Of a stretch of 64,000 nucleotides of DNA, positions 27,586 to 35,620 are shown piece after piece. Location: the sequence record MZ444140.1; one strand, written 5' to 3'. Every line of letters starts with the position of its first letter. The stretch's first letter is position 1. Below the pieces are notes generated by a model. It was not told the DNA's origin. It ran no database searches and saw only the letters and a program-made list of their open reading frames with translations. Both the position numbers and the translations under genes were made by a program.

Positions 27586-27994
27586 TGAAATCTACCTTAA
27601 TCACAACGGCCTCCAAATCTACAATGTTGGGGAGCCTCTTTTTAGTTTGATGTACGGACCTTCCCTTAAAGGATTCACTCTTTTCCTTATTACTTGACTT
27701 CTGCCATTTATGCGGGTCACTCGAACAATATAACTTTTCGGTGGCCCGCTTAAACTGTTTTTCTTGAGGGATCTCCTCAGTGTTTTTCTTGGCATAATCT
27801 GTAATAAAGTCCTCTAGCCCTTTGGGCATAAAGGCATCCTGAACAGGATGGAATTCTTCAAAGAAAGTATTAATGTATTTATCATCATCTACGGTAGACA
27901 TCTTATTATCTACCATGGTATTTTTTTCTATAAGAGATACCCTCAGGGCATCCTGCCATCTTTCGATGACTTCTGGAAATAATTGAACGTTCAT
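27542..27994 (-). CDS. Hypothetical early protein (gp121 equivalent)
   Basis: 150 aa; first gene after the early promoter at 28038. Confidence 0.65.
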   Translation of the reverse strand: MNVQLFPEVIERWQDALRVSLIEKNTMVDNKMSTVDDDKYINTFFEEFHPVQDAFMPKGLEDFITDYAKKNTEEIPQEKQFKRATEKLYCSSDPHKWQKSSNKEKSESFKGRSVHQTKKRLPNIVDLEAVVIKVDFNGNTKNCGAYSSIS

Positions 27995-28037
27995 TTGGAT
28001 TAACCTATTTTTAAATTAGAAGATCATGATCATTACT

Positions 28038-28054
28038 GTAATATAGATCTTAAA
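28038..28054 (-). promoter_or_regulatory. Early (virion RNAP) promoter
   Basis: TTTAA-GATC-TATATTAC, matching the phiKZ early consensus (TATATTAC with upstream TTTaA); upstream of the nvRNAP-subunit operon. Confidence 0.8.
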
Positions 28055-28080
28055 CTTTTTTTAATGTAATACAACATAAA

Positions 28081-28100
28081 GCCCTCCCCGAAGGGAGGGC
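28081..28100 (-). terminator. MCP transcript terminator
   Basis: GCCCTCCC-TTCG-GGGAGGGC followed by TTTATGTTG on the minus strand. Confidence 0.85.
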
Positions 28101-28112
28101 CTATGTCTGTTA

Positions 28113-28190
28113 CTATTCTAACTTCCGGGCATTACCGTCTTCCAAATAACGGATAGTCCCATTTTCTAGATAACGGTAACCCTTTCCAGC
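28113..28190 (-). other. In-frame 25-codon extension after the MCP TGA stop (putative readthrough segment)
   Basis: TGA GCT GGA AAG GGT TAC CGT TAT CTA GAA AAT GGG ACT ATC CGT TAT TTG GAA GAC GGT AAT GCC CGG AAG TTA GAA TAG TAA = AGKGYRYLENGTIRYLEDGNARKLE; same motif as the gp143 C-terminus. Confidence 0.7.
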
Positions 28191-30434
28191 TCACGGCTTA
28201 AGATCAGCAAGCTTACCGTTGAACTGAGTTTCACCCATGACTTTCTGGAAGCCAGTGATCTTGAACTCTAGCGCGAACGGAATGTTGTTGACGTGTAGGT
28301 TGAACGGAATGGCCGCGATTTCGCGAGTAACCTGGTGACCACCACGAGTGATCGGTAGGTCAGCGATAACAGTAGATACGTAGAAGAACTGACCCCAGGA
28401 GAGGATGTCGTTTTCTTGTTGTACTGCGCGGGTCGGAATTACAACTAGCTTACCATCAAATAGCTGGTTGTTGGTGGAAACGATATCGTACTTGAGATAA
28501 GCACCTAGAGTACGGTCGTCACCTTTAGTCATTAGATAGTTAGCAATCTCTTTGTCGGAGCAGAAGAGATACATCGGAGTTTCATCCTGGTTACCGGAGA
28601 TAACACGGAAGGCAGCTTCAATGTTGGAATCACGGTGAGCCGGGAATAGCTCAGCTTTAACACAGTTTAGGATCGCAGCGCAAACGTCGTCCCAACGATC
28701 TTTAGACTTGATGGTGTCGATGACTTTCTCAAGATCTAGTTCTTTGTAACGATAGGTCGGACGCATTACAGCGGATAGTGCACCTTCGATGATACCAAAC
28801 TTCGGACGGTTGTAACCATTGTGTACAACTTCACGTAGTTGAGCAAGGTAGTTAAGCATGCGCTTAACAGCGTTGTTGCTGTTACGGATGTTGGTGTTAA
28901 CAGTTAGAGCTTTAACAACCTCACCCGGACCTTCATCGGTCATGGTGTCCATCGGTAGAGTTACAGGAGCGTGCATCGGGATCGGATGACGGAACTGTAG
29001 CGCACGGGTCTGTAGTAGGTGACCACGCTGACGACGGTTAGTGTTGGTGAAGCGAGTGTCTAGTTCGAAACCGATAACCGCTAGGTCAGTTAGCTGATCT
29101 AGAATAGCTTTAACAGCCGGGTCAGCATTATCCATTACCTGACCATCTTCGTTTAGAACTTTATCGACGTAAGTGTCGGTAGCACCAAACTTAGAATCGC
29201 CTTTGGATAGGCTGATTGTACCACCAAAACCAACGCTTAGACGTAGGCTTAGTTTAGCGGTCTTAAGATCATTGATAACACCGTCAGCTGAACCATCGAT
29301 GAAAGTGGTATCGCCACTAACAACTAGATCGTCGCTATCGAAACGGATAACAGCGTTCCGGGTATCACCAACTAGATCGGGCTGGAACACAGCGCGAGGT
29401 AGACGGTCAACCTTGAACTTAACAACTTTACCACCGAGTAGAACGAATAGGTTCTTTAGACGACCAGCCGGATCAATGGTGTCAGAAACTTCAAGCATGC
29501 CACGCTGGATGAGTAGGTTAGCATTGGAGTTACCCATTAGATCAAGACGTACGTTCGCTTTTAGCGGAGCAGTAGTGATAGTTAGGTTCTGCTCGTTCTT
29601 GATGGTGTACGGAGGAACAAGAGCCGGGTCTACGAAGAAATCAGCATTGGAGCCAGCCGGATCTAGGGCAGGAATTAGCGCAATGCTTTCGTCGTCGAGG
29701 ATGGAAGGATCACGATAGGCTTCTACCATGTTCACTTCTTCATTATCCATCTTAACGCCGGATACTTCGTGGTAAACGTCTTTCATTACAGCGATGTAAG
29801 GAAGAACCTGAACAACACCACCTTCAATCGGGTTGATAACGGTGGTCGGATAAATACGCTCAGCGAATTCATCTTGACGGCTAGCAGCTAGGTTATAACC
29901 AATAGTTACAACACGGAAATCACGCTGTGACTTCTCGTTATAGTTCTCTAGGCCAACACCATTTTCGAATACTTGAATGCCACCAGCAGGGCCATTGAAC
30001 TGATGCTGTACAACCTTAACATGATCTTCATTAGAAGCTTTAGCTTTGGTAATACCACGTAGTGCACGGATATATTTAGTTTCATCAGCACAGGCGATAG
30101 CAGCCATGGTAGCAGCAGTGATTTGGTTCTCACGGACACGTTCTTCACGAGCACGTACTTGAGGATCACTGGAACTTACTCGTTCGAAACCATAGTCGTT
30201 AACGAGCATTTGCATTTTGTTATAAATTGCAGCGGCATCTTGAATGTCGGTAGCTTGCACGGTACCGAAGTTTTCATGTGAAATGCTGCTAATAAGGGAA
30301 CGACCTTGACTAACAACGCTGTCATTTAGACCAATTTCACTTTCTAGGCGGCCAATGAAATCTTCCATTGAGAAGACTTCGTAATTCTTTTCGCCTTTGT
30401 GTTTAAACAGTTCTCTTAGGGCATGTACGCTCAT
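28191..30434 (-). CDS. gp120: Major capsid protein (phiKZ gp120 ortholog)
   Basis: 747 aa; strong codon bias; prohead-protease-type site VGLE|NYNE; length and position match phiKZ gp120. Confidence 0.93.
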   Translation of the reverse strand: MSVHALRELFKHKGEKNYEVFSMEDFIGRLESEIGLNDSVVSQGRSLISSISHENFGTVQATDIQDAAAIYNKMQMLVNDYGFERVSSSDPQVRAREERVRENQITAATMAAIACADETKYIRALRGITKAKASNEDHVKVVQHQFNGPAGGIQVFENGVGLENYNEKSQRDFRVVTIGYNLAASRQDEFAERIYPTTVINPIEGGVVQVLPYIAVMKDVYHEVSGVKMDNEEVNMVEAYRDPSILDDESIALIPALDPAGSNADFFVDPALVPPYTIKNEQNLTITTAPLKANVRLDLMGNSNANLLIQRGMLEVSDTIDPAGRLKNLFVLLGGKVVKFKVDRLPRAVFQPDLVGDTRNAVIRFDSDDLVVSGDTTFIDGSADGVINDLKTAKLSLRLSVGFGGTISLSKGDSKFGATDTYVDKVLNEDGQVMDNADPAVKAILDQLTDLAVIGFELDTRFTNTNRRQRGHLLQTRALQFRHPIPMHAPVTLPMDTMTDEGPGEVVKALTVNTNIRNSNNAVKRMLNYLAQLREVVHNGYNRPKFGIIEGALSAVMRPTYRYKELDLEKVIDTIKSKDRWDDVCAAILNCVKAELFPAHRDSNIEAAFRVISGNQDETPMYLFCSDKEIANYLMTKGDDRTLGAYLKYDIVSTNNQLFDGKLVVIPTRAVQQENDILSWGQFFYVSTVIADLPITRGGHQVTREIAAIPFNLHVNNIPFALEFKITGFQKVMGETQFNGKLADLKP

Positions 30435-30506
30435 TTTTTATTCCTACGTAGGATGAGTTTTTGGTTTAAAAATTTGGGTCTACTAAGCATCTTTTCCGGA
30501 ATCAAC

Positions 30507-31040
30507 CTAGCAGCTCTCCAAATAATAGGTAAAAATTTGTGTTGACGCCACGGATTCACGTGGGCGGGTGTTCAACATTTCATTTATCATACTATCAAAG
30601 AAAGTATGGTTAAGTTGAATTGAGACACGTCTAGGATCGCTACTTGCAATGTGCGCACTCTGCTGCACCGCAACCCACAGATTCTCATCTACAGGATATA
30701 GGTAATAATCGTACACTAAATTACGGTTACCTGCATCCCTAAGTTCATTAGTCGCTAGGCGGCTCTCTAAACGATTGTGTAAATCCTTCATCTTAAATTG
30801 GTCAGGACCGTCTATTTCACCTAGCTCAGCAACTTTGATTATCGGGCTTACTGCTAACTTAATATCTAGTTTTTCTGGTAATAGAAAGGGGAAAGCAGTT
30901 AAAGCCTGATGTATCTCCGCAAGATCATTTACGGAGGTTTCGGAAACTATATAGTTGGTGTCTAACAATTTGTTAAATTGTACACCTGCTGTTTTATATG
31001 ATTCAAAAACAGCTTTTGGCATAACCAGAACTTGGGTCAT
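30507..31040 (-). CDS. Minor head protein (gp119 equivalent)
   Basis: 177 aa directly upstream of the MCP. Confidence 0.65.
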   Translation of the reverse strand: MTQVLVMPKAVFESYKTAGVQFNKLLDTNYIVSETSVNDLAEIHQALTAFPFLLPEKLDIKLAVSPIIKVAELGEIDGPDQFKMKDLHNRLESRLATNELRDAGNRNLVYDYYLYPVDENLWVAVQQSAHIASSDPRRVSIQLNHTFFDSMINEMLNTRPRESVASTQIFTYYLESC

Positions 31041-31086
31041 TGTGAAAGTACCTATATTGTAACTTTAGGCTTTTGGGAACTGTCTA

Positions 31087-31090
31087 CATA
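31087..31090 (-). promoter_or_regulatory. Late (nvRNAP) promoter TATG, probably the P119L equivalent
   Basis: TATG on the minus strand ~47 nt upstream of the gp119 start; phiKZ late promoters are a TATG overlapping the TSS. The motif is short, so position is the main evidence. Confidence 0.55.
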
Positions 31091-31179
31091 GCAATATAGC
31101 AAATACATTCACTAAAATTACTAGCTATCTAAATGATACACTGTACATCTCTTAATTTCACAATTGGAAATCTATAAAA

Positions 31180-32727
31180 ATGTCAAGTCCAAAACAATTA
31201 CTCGTTTCATGTATCACTCTATTATGTTTAGAAAATCGAGAAGATTCTCCTGTGGAACCATCCAATGAATTGGTTACCGAGATTCTTGATACTCTAAATG
31301 ATAAGGGTGGTACATTAGATGTAGATCATGGTCGACAAACATTTTTAGATCTTCGTAATCTACTAGTGGATCTAAATAAGAAACAGAAAGCATATTTCCC
31401 AGCTACCCAACAGGTATTACAATCACTACAAGTATGTTGTCGTGAAGAAAGTTATCTATACGATGCTGTTAAAAATGCGGTAGAAGAAGAATTTCCAAAT
31501 GGCATGGCATTAGCCATGCGTGTAACTTCATATCGTCGTGATCTAAATAGCTACTTAGCTGATGAGAAGGTAAAAGCTATTGTAAAAGAATGTTCATCAA
31601 AAATTCTTTTCAATAGAGGCTCTGCTGATATTCCGGCAATCATTAATGAAATGGCAACCAGAGCTGACCCATATATTCGCGCGCGTGCTGAAGAGAAACA
31701 CCCAGCTGAAATGGGTGCACTTGATTTTGGTAATTTAGATTCTATTGAAGGCTTCTTTGAGGAAGCTAAAACTATTCTTTCCCCAAATGGTGCTTTCCGT
31801 ACTGGATGGAAAGGTTTTAACAGGATGCTTGGTGATCTGGGTGCATTAAAACGTGGTGAATTTATTATCGGTGGTGGCCTACAACATCAATATAAATCTG
31901 GCGTTTCTATGAGTCTATTTTGCCATGTGTGTCTATTTAATAAACCATACATGCGTGATATCAATAAGAAACCATTAGTAATGTTTATTACTCTTGAGAA
32001 TGAGATTCCGGATAACCTTATTTTCATTTATGAGTATATTTACGAAAATGAAACAGGTATCAAGGTAGATCGTAGTTCTATTAGTAAAGCTGAAGCAGCT
32101 GAATATGTATCAGCTCGTCTCCGTGAAAATGGTTTTGAACCAGTAATGTATCGTTTTGACCCAACTGAATTTACGATTGCTGGTTTAGTTAACTACCTAG
32201 ATACATATCAAGCACGTGGTTATGAACTACAATATCTCTGCGTAGATTATCTAAACATGTTGCCTAAAACTGGATTAGTGACCAGTGTAGCAGGTGATGA
32301 CGTTCGTCTCCTATTTAGGCGAATGCGTAACTATACTGCACCACGTGGTATCACATTCTTTAGTCCGCATCAGTTAAGTTCTCAGGCATTAGAACTAATC
32401 AGGGATAATATCCCACCAGAAGACTTTGTTAAACAAGTTGCTAACAAAGGTTACTATGACGGTTGTCGCCGACTTGGACAAGAACCTGATCTGGAATTCT
32501 TCTTCCACATTGTTAAAGTAAGTGGTAAGTATTATCTAACTGTACAACGTGGTAAACACCGTAACGTTGTAAGTGATAGTAAGCATCACTATTTTGTTAT
32601 GCCGTTTGATCCAGACCGTATCGGTGGCATTAGATGGGATATCGATAAAGAAGAAAACAATTACATGGATTTCGTACCAAGTCTTAGTAATATGCAAGCA
32701 ACTGGTGGAGATGACTGGGGATATTAA
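31180..32727 (+). CDS. dnaB: DnaB-like replicative helicase (phiKZ gp118 ortholog)
   Basis: FRTGWKGFNRMLG, LKRGEFII, Walker B LCVDYL, SPHQLS and RGKHR motifs of SF4 helicases. Confidence 0.9.
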   Translation: MSSPKQLLVSCITLLCLENREDSPVEPSNELVTEILDTLNDKGGTLDVDHGRQTFLDLRNLLVDLNKKQKAYFPATQQVLQSLQVCCREESYLYDAVKNAVEEEFPNGMALAMRVTSYRRDLNSYLADEKVKAIVKECSSKILFNRGSADIPAIINEMATRADPYIRARAEEKHPAEMGALDFGNLDSIEGFFEEAKTILSPNGAFRTGWKGFNRMLGDLGALKRGEFIIGGGLQHQYKSGVSMSLFCHVCLFNKPYMRDINKKPLVMFITLENEIPDNLIFIYEYIYENETGIKVDRSSISKAEAAEYVSARLRENGFEPVMYRFDPTEFTIAGLVNYLDTYQARGYELQYLCVDYLNMLPKTGLVTSVAGDDVRLLFRRMRNYTAPRGITFFSPHQLSSQALELIRDNIPPEDFVKQVANKGYYDGCRRLGQEPDLEFFFHIVKVSGKYYLTVQRGKHRNVVSDSKHHYFVMPFDPDRIGGIRWDIDKEENNYMDFVPSLSNMQATGGDDWGY

Positions 32728-32736
32728 CAACATAAA

Positions 32737-32756
32737 GCTCTCCCTTCGGGGAGAGC
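32737..32756 (+). terminator. Hairpin after the helicase
   Basis: GCTCTCCC-TTCG-GGGAGAGC; weak U-tract. Confidence 0.65.
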
Positions 32757-32781
32757 ACTATAATTTTAATAGGTAATCTAA

Positions 32782-33150
32782 ATGAGTGCAATTGATAATT
32801 TAGTAAATACTTTAAGAAAAAATATTAGTGAATGTAGAAAGTTTAATCGACCCCTATTTGCACGTGTATATGCCGCATCACAAAATTACGATAAAATCCG
32901 TTATGCTGTGGCAGAAGAAGCCCATTATTTTAAATATGGTAAATATGCAGAAGGTAATAACCTCAATATCGATGAACTTATCAGTGATCTATATCTGTAC
33001 TACACTATCTATGTCGATGTGATCCGTAAACCTTTACCTGATCCTAATGGGGATTTCATCAGTATTGTAAATCAAGATCATTACACGCATATATACTGGG
33101 ATTTAGATCGGTGTGAATCTATTCCAGATGATGTAAAGGAGTTAATGTAA
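32782..33150 (+). CDS. Hypothetical protein
   Basis: 122 aa; AGGT RBS. Confidence 0.7.
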   Translation: MSAIDNLVNTLRKNISECRKFNRPLFARVYAASQNYDKIRYAVAEEAHYFKYGKYAEGNNLNIDELISDLYLYYTIYVDVIRKPLPDPNGDFISIVNQDHYTHIYWDLDRCESIPDDVKELM

Positions 33151-33151
33151 T

Positions 33152-33388
33152 ATGTACTATGGTAATGTTTATATTATCTTTATTGGTGGTTTATTAATAT
33201 TTATCCTAGGATTGGTATTTGGAGGAATACTGGGAGAAGAGAACAATAACGTATATAAACTCAAATCCCAACAATTTGAATACTGCGTTAAAAATAAACA
33301 ATCAAAAAATAATGACAGTGAAAATATCCAAGTTATTAAAGTATGCGCAGAGTCTATTGTACTCCTATATCCGACTAATGAAAAATAA
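33152..33388 (+). CDS. Small membrane protein
   Basis: 78 aa; N-terminal TM VYIIFIGGLLIFILGLVFGGIL. Confidence 0.65.
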   Translation: MYYGNVYIIFIGGLLIFILGLVFGGILGEENNNVYKLKSQQFEYCVKNKQSKNNDSENIQVIKVCAESIVLLYPTNEK

Positions 33389-33395
33389 AGCATTT

Positions 33396-33415
33396 AAGCC
33401 CTCATAGGAGGGCTT
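33396..33415 (+). terminator. Intrinsic terminator
   Basis: AAGCCCTC-ATAG-GAGGGCTT followed by TTATG. Confidence 0.8.
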
Positions 33416-33420
33416 TTATG

Positions 33421-34000
33421 TCGTATGGCTAATATGCTAGTGAATAACGAATAAAATCGATTATAGAGCAAATTAGAAGGTATTAAAGGCATAAAGAAAG
33501 TCTATCTCTAGACTTATTATTTTTAATTAAAAAAAAATATAATCTATACTGTGTCTCCTTTTAGGGAGACAGTATGTATTAGCTAACGCTATTAGAATAA
33601 TGCTAATATTGTTTATTATTAGAATAAGGATATACCTTCGGTATAGTTTATTATGAAATAAAAGCCCCTACGGGGCGATCCGATTCCTCAGTTCCACATT
33701 AGGTAAGATTCATGAGTAATATTTGATTACCAGTATTACTCAATGATACTGGTAATAATATACTAGATTATTAACAATATGTATTGATCATTCTGATTAA
33801 GTCAAATTAGTTAATAAACAAATCAATTATCAACGAGTGATAACGGGTATTGATTACTAGCTAAAGAGATTAATTAGGATATCTACATGAGGAGTCGCTA
33901 CCCCATGTATTCTGGAGTTTCTCTTTAGCGGGAGACTTAACTCCACTTGGGAGCCGCTTTAGCGGGCGGCTCTCACTTAAACAAAAAAAGAATTCAGATA
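33421..34000. other. ~580 bp non-coding, hairpin-dense region (ncRNA or origin candidate)
   Basis: No ORF in the track; flanked by terminators of convergent genes; at least 8 inverted repeats; very AT-rich left half. Confidence 0.6.
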
Positions 34001-34003
34001 AGT

Positions 34004-34023
34004 CCCTCTCCTTTAGGAGAGGG
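34004..34023 (-). terminator. Intrinsic terminator
   Basis: CCCTCTCC-TTTA-GGAGAGGG. Confidence 0.75.
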
Positions 34024-34031
34024 GTTGTTTA

Positions 34032-34337
34032 TCATAGGCTTCTCCTTTCGGTTACATAGAACTTCTTCTGATCCATGTCAGTGTATGTTACTATGAAATT
34101 GTCGAAGGGGTTGATGGATACGGCTAAACCTGCGTTGTTGACGTATCCTATTGTAGGGCCAGCCCAATAACCAATGAAGTTACCTCTACGATCTCGACAT
34201 TGGATAACATTATCGGCTTGCGTTTTCGCAACCGACATGCTATGGGTTGATCCATCGGGTCTCTTGAAAAAGAAACCTACTTCCTGCATTCTGTGCAGGT
34301 CAGGGCTAACATTGTTAGCGGTAACTGGAATTAACAT
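34032..34337 (-). CDS. Hypothetical protein
   Basis: 101 aa; AGAGG RBS. Confidence 0.7.
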   Translation of the reverse strand: MLIPVTANNVSPDLHRMQEVGFFFKRPDGSTHSMSVAKTQADNVIQCRDRRGNFIGYWAGPTIGYVNNAGLAVSINPFDNFIVTYTDMDQKKFYVTERRSL

Positions 34338-34405
34338 GATTGTTCCTCTTGTTAATCCAAGCCCACTTGGGCGAAAATGTTGAGTATTTTTTACTCAACG
34401 GCATA

Positions 34406-34433
34406 TAGCCCTACTGCTGTAACAGTAGGGCTA
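34406..34433. terminator. Hairpin (terminator or regulatory)
   Basis: TAGCCCTACTG-CTGTAA-CAGTAGGGCTA 11-bp stem. Confidence 0.55.
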
Positions 34434-34468
34434 ATTCTTTTATTCTTAAAAGTTTAACTGAATAAATG

Positions 34469-34488
34469 CCCTCTCCCGAAGGAGAGGG
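34469..34488 (-). terminator. Intrinsic terminator
   Basis: CCCTCTCC-CGAA-GGAGAGGG (UUCG loop on the minus strand). Confidence 0.75.
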
Positions 34489-34502
34489 ATTATGTCGTTA
34501 AT

Positions 34503-34778
34503 TTATTTAACCAGCGATGTTTCCCTAACACGAGAGATGCATAAATAATTACTGTAATCGCTGGGGTCGTACTCATCATACCCTAGACAACTTGTATGAA
34601 TATATTCAGTACTGATATTAATCATATCAAGAGTAATACCATCACCCCATTTCTTAGTTGCCATCTCGATAATATCGGCGATAGTATTGGCTACATAACA
34701 ATCACCCAAGATATAAAAGGTATCTTCGGTATCATCCGGACGAAAATGACGAATACCATTCTGTGTATATTCACCCAT
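34503..34778 (-). CDS. Hypothetical protein
   Basis: 91 aa; GAGG RBS. Confidence 0.7.
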   Translation of the reverse strand: MGEYTQNGIRHFRPDDTEDTFYILGDCYVANTIADIIEMATKKWGDGITLDMINISTEYIHTSCLGYDEYDPSDYSNYLCISRVRETSLVK

Positions 34779-34779
34779 G

Positions 34780-34923
34780 TTAATTATCCTCTTTTCCTTC
34801 TTGAGTATGATGAGTGGGCTCTACCCAGTAAAAATCAATAAACAGATCAACTGGTTTACAGCCAACCATCTCGCTGTCATCGGCCCATTTACTTTCATCT
34901 ACGATAATTTCTTCATTAGTCAT
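34780..34923 (-). CDS. Small acidic protein (47 aa), not in the ORF track
   Basis: AAGGAG RBS; MTNEEIIVDESKWADDSEMVGCKPVDLFIDFYWVEPTHHTQEGKEDN; fills the operon gap. Confidence 0.65.
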   Translation of the reverse strand: MTNEEIIVDESKWADDSEMVGCKPVDLFIDFYWVEPTHHTQEGKEDN

Positions 34924-34962
34924 TTGTATTTCTCCTTATTTACTATAGTAAATATTGTTTAG

Positions 34963-35175
34963 TTACATAGTCCAATTAGTGGCTTCATCAACCATATCAG
35001 CTGCTTCTTTATCAGAAGCATTCCAGAGTTTATCAGCCCATTCTTTATCCATTTCATTTTGGATATTTTCAAGACGCATGTAATTATGCCATGCCTGACC
35101 CAGTCGAAGATTCTTATTATTTTTGTAATAAATTCCAAACTCACCACGAACTGATGCAGGAATTGAAATAGTCAC
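34963..35175 (-). CDS. Hypothetical protein
   Basis: 70 aa; GTG start with AAGGAG RBS; coupled to the upstream stop. Confidence 0.65.
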   Translation of the reverse strand: MTISIPASVRGEFGIYYKNNKNLRLGQAWHNYMRLENIQNEMDKEWADKLWNASDKEAADMVDEATNWTM

Positions 35176-35333
35176 TTTATAATCTCCTTAGTTACTATCT
35201 GACGTGCTTCTTTATAAGAAATATTCGGATTATCATTGATGTATTTAAGAACTTTCTGATGTATAATGTTCTCTCGCTCAGTTAGTTCTTTTACTACTCT
35301 TTTAAAATAACCTGGTGATCGTTTCATAGTCAT
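35172..35333 (-). CDS. Small basic protein (53 aa), not in the ORF track
   Basis: MTMKRSPGYFKRVVKELTERENIIHQKVLKYINDNPNISYKEARQIVTKEIIK; ATGA and GTGA overlaps with both neighbours. Confidence 0.7.
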   Translation of the reverse strand: MTMKRSPGYFKRVVKELTERENIIHQKVLKYINDNPNISYKEARQIVTKEIIK

Positions 35334-35557
35334 GGTTCTTCGATTAACAAGTTATTTGCCTCGAAAAAGAATGGGGCTGACCAGCTATAATCTGGTTCAT
35401 TTACCAGTTTTACACTGTTCTTGGTTTTGATAATCTTGCGATCATACCGCCAGTTTTGTGGTCCATGTTTAGGAATAGTGTAGTATTCACCATCGGGTAG
35501 ATTAGTGGCTTTTTCCCATCCGAGTTCTTTAATACTAAACTTTTTATCAGTTGTCAT
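35330..35557 (-). CDS. Hypothetical protein, paralog of 35913..36176
   Basis: Start moved to 35557 (AAGGA RBS); NLPDGEYYTIPKHGP..DRK. Confidence 0.65.
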   Translation of the reverse strand: MTTDKKFSIKELGWEKATNLPDGEYYTIPKHGPQNWRYDRKIIKTKNSVKLVNEPDYSWSAPFFFEANNLLIEEP

Positions 35558-35620
35558 TTTCTTTATTTCCTTGCTGTCATGAAACCACCCGGTGGCCGTA
35601 TCAAGCTGCGGACCCATGGT

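Noticed and set aside
28113-28193. Selenocysteine insertion as the explanation of the MCP UGA plus hairpin
   Set aside because: No redox or Cys-type context and no clear bacterial SECIS apical signature; generic near-cognate readthrough is simpler. MS of the inserted residue would decide.
29173-29718. 181-aa + strand ORF inside the MCP gene
   Set aside because: Antisense by-product of the MCP's strong codon bias
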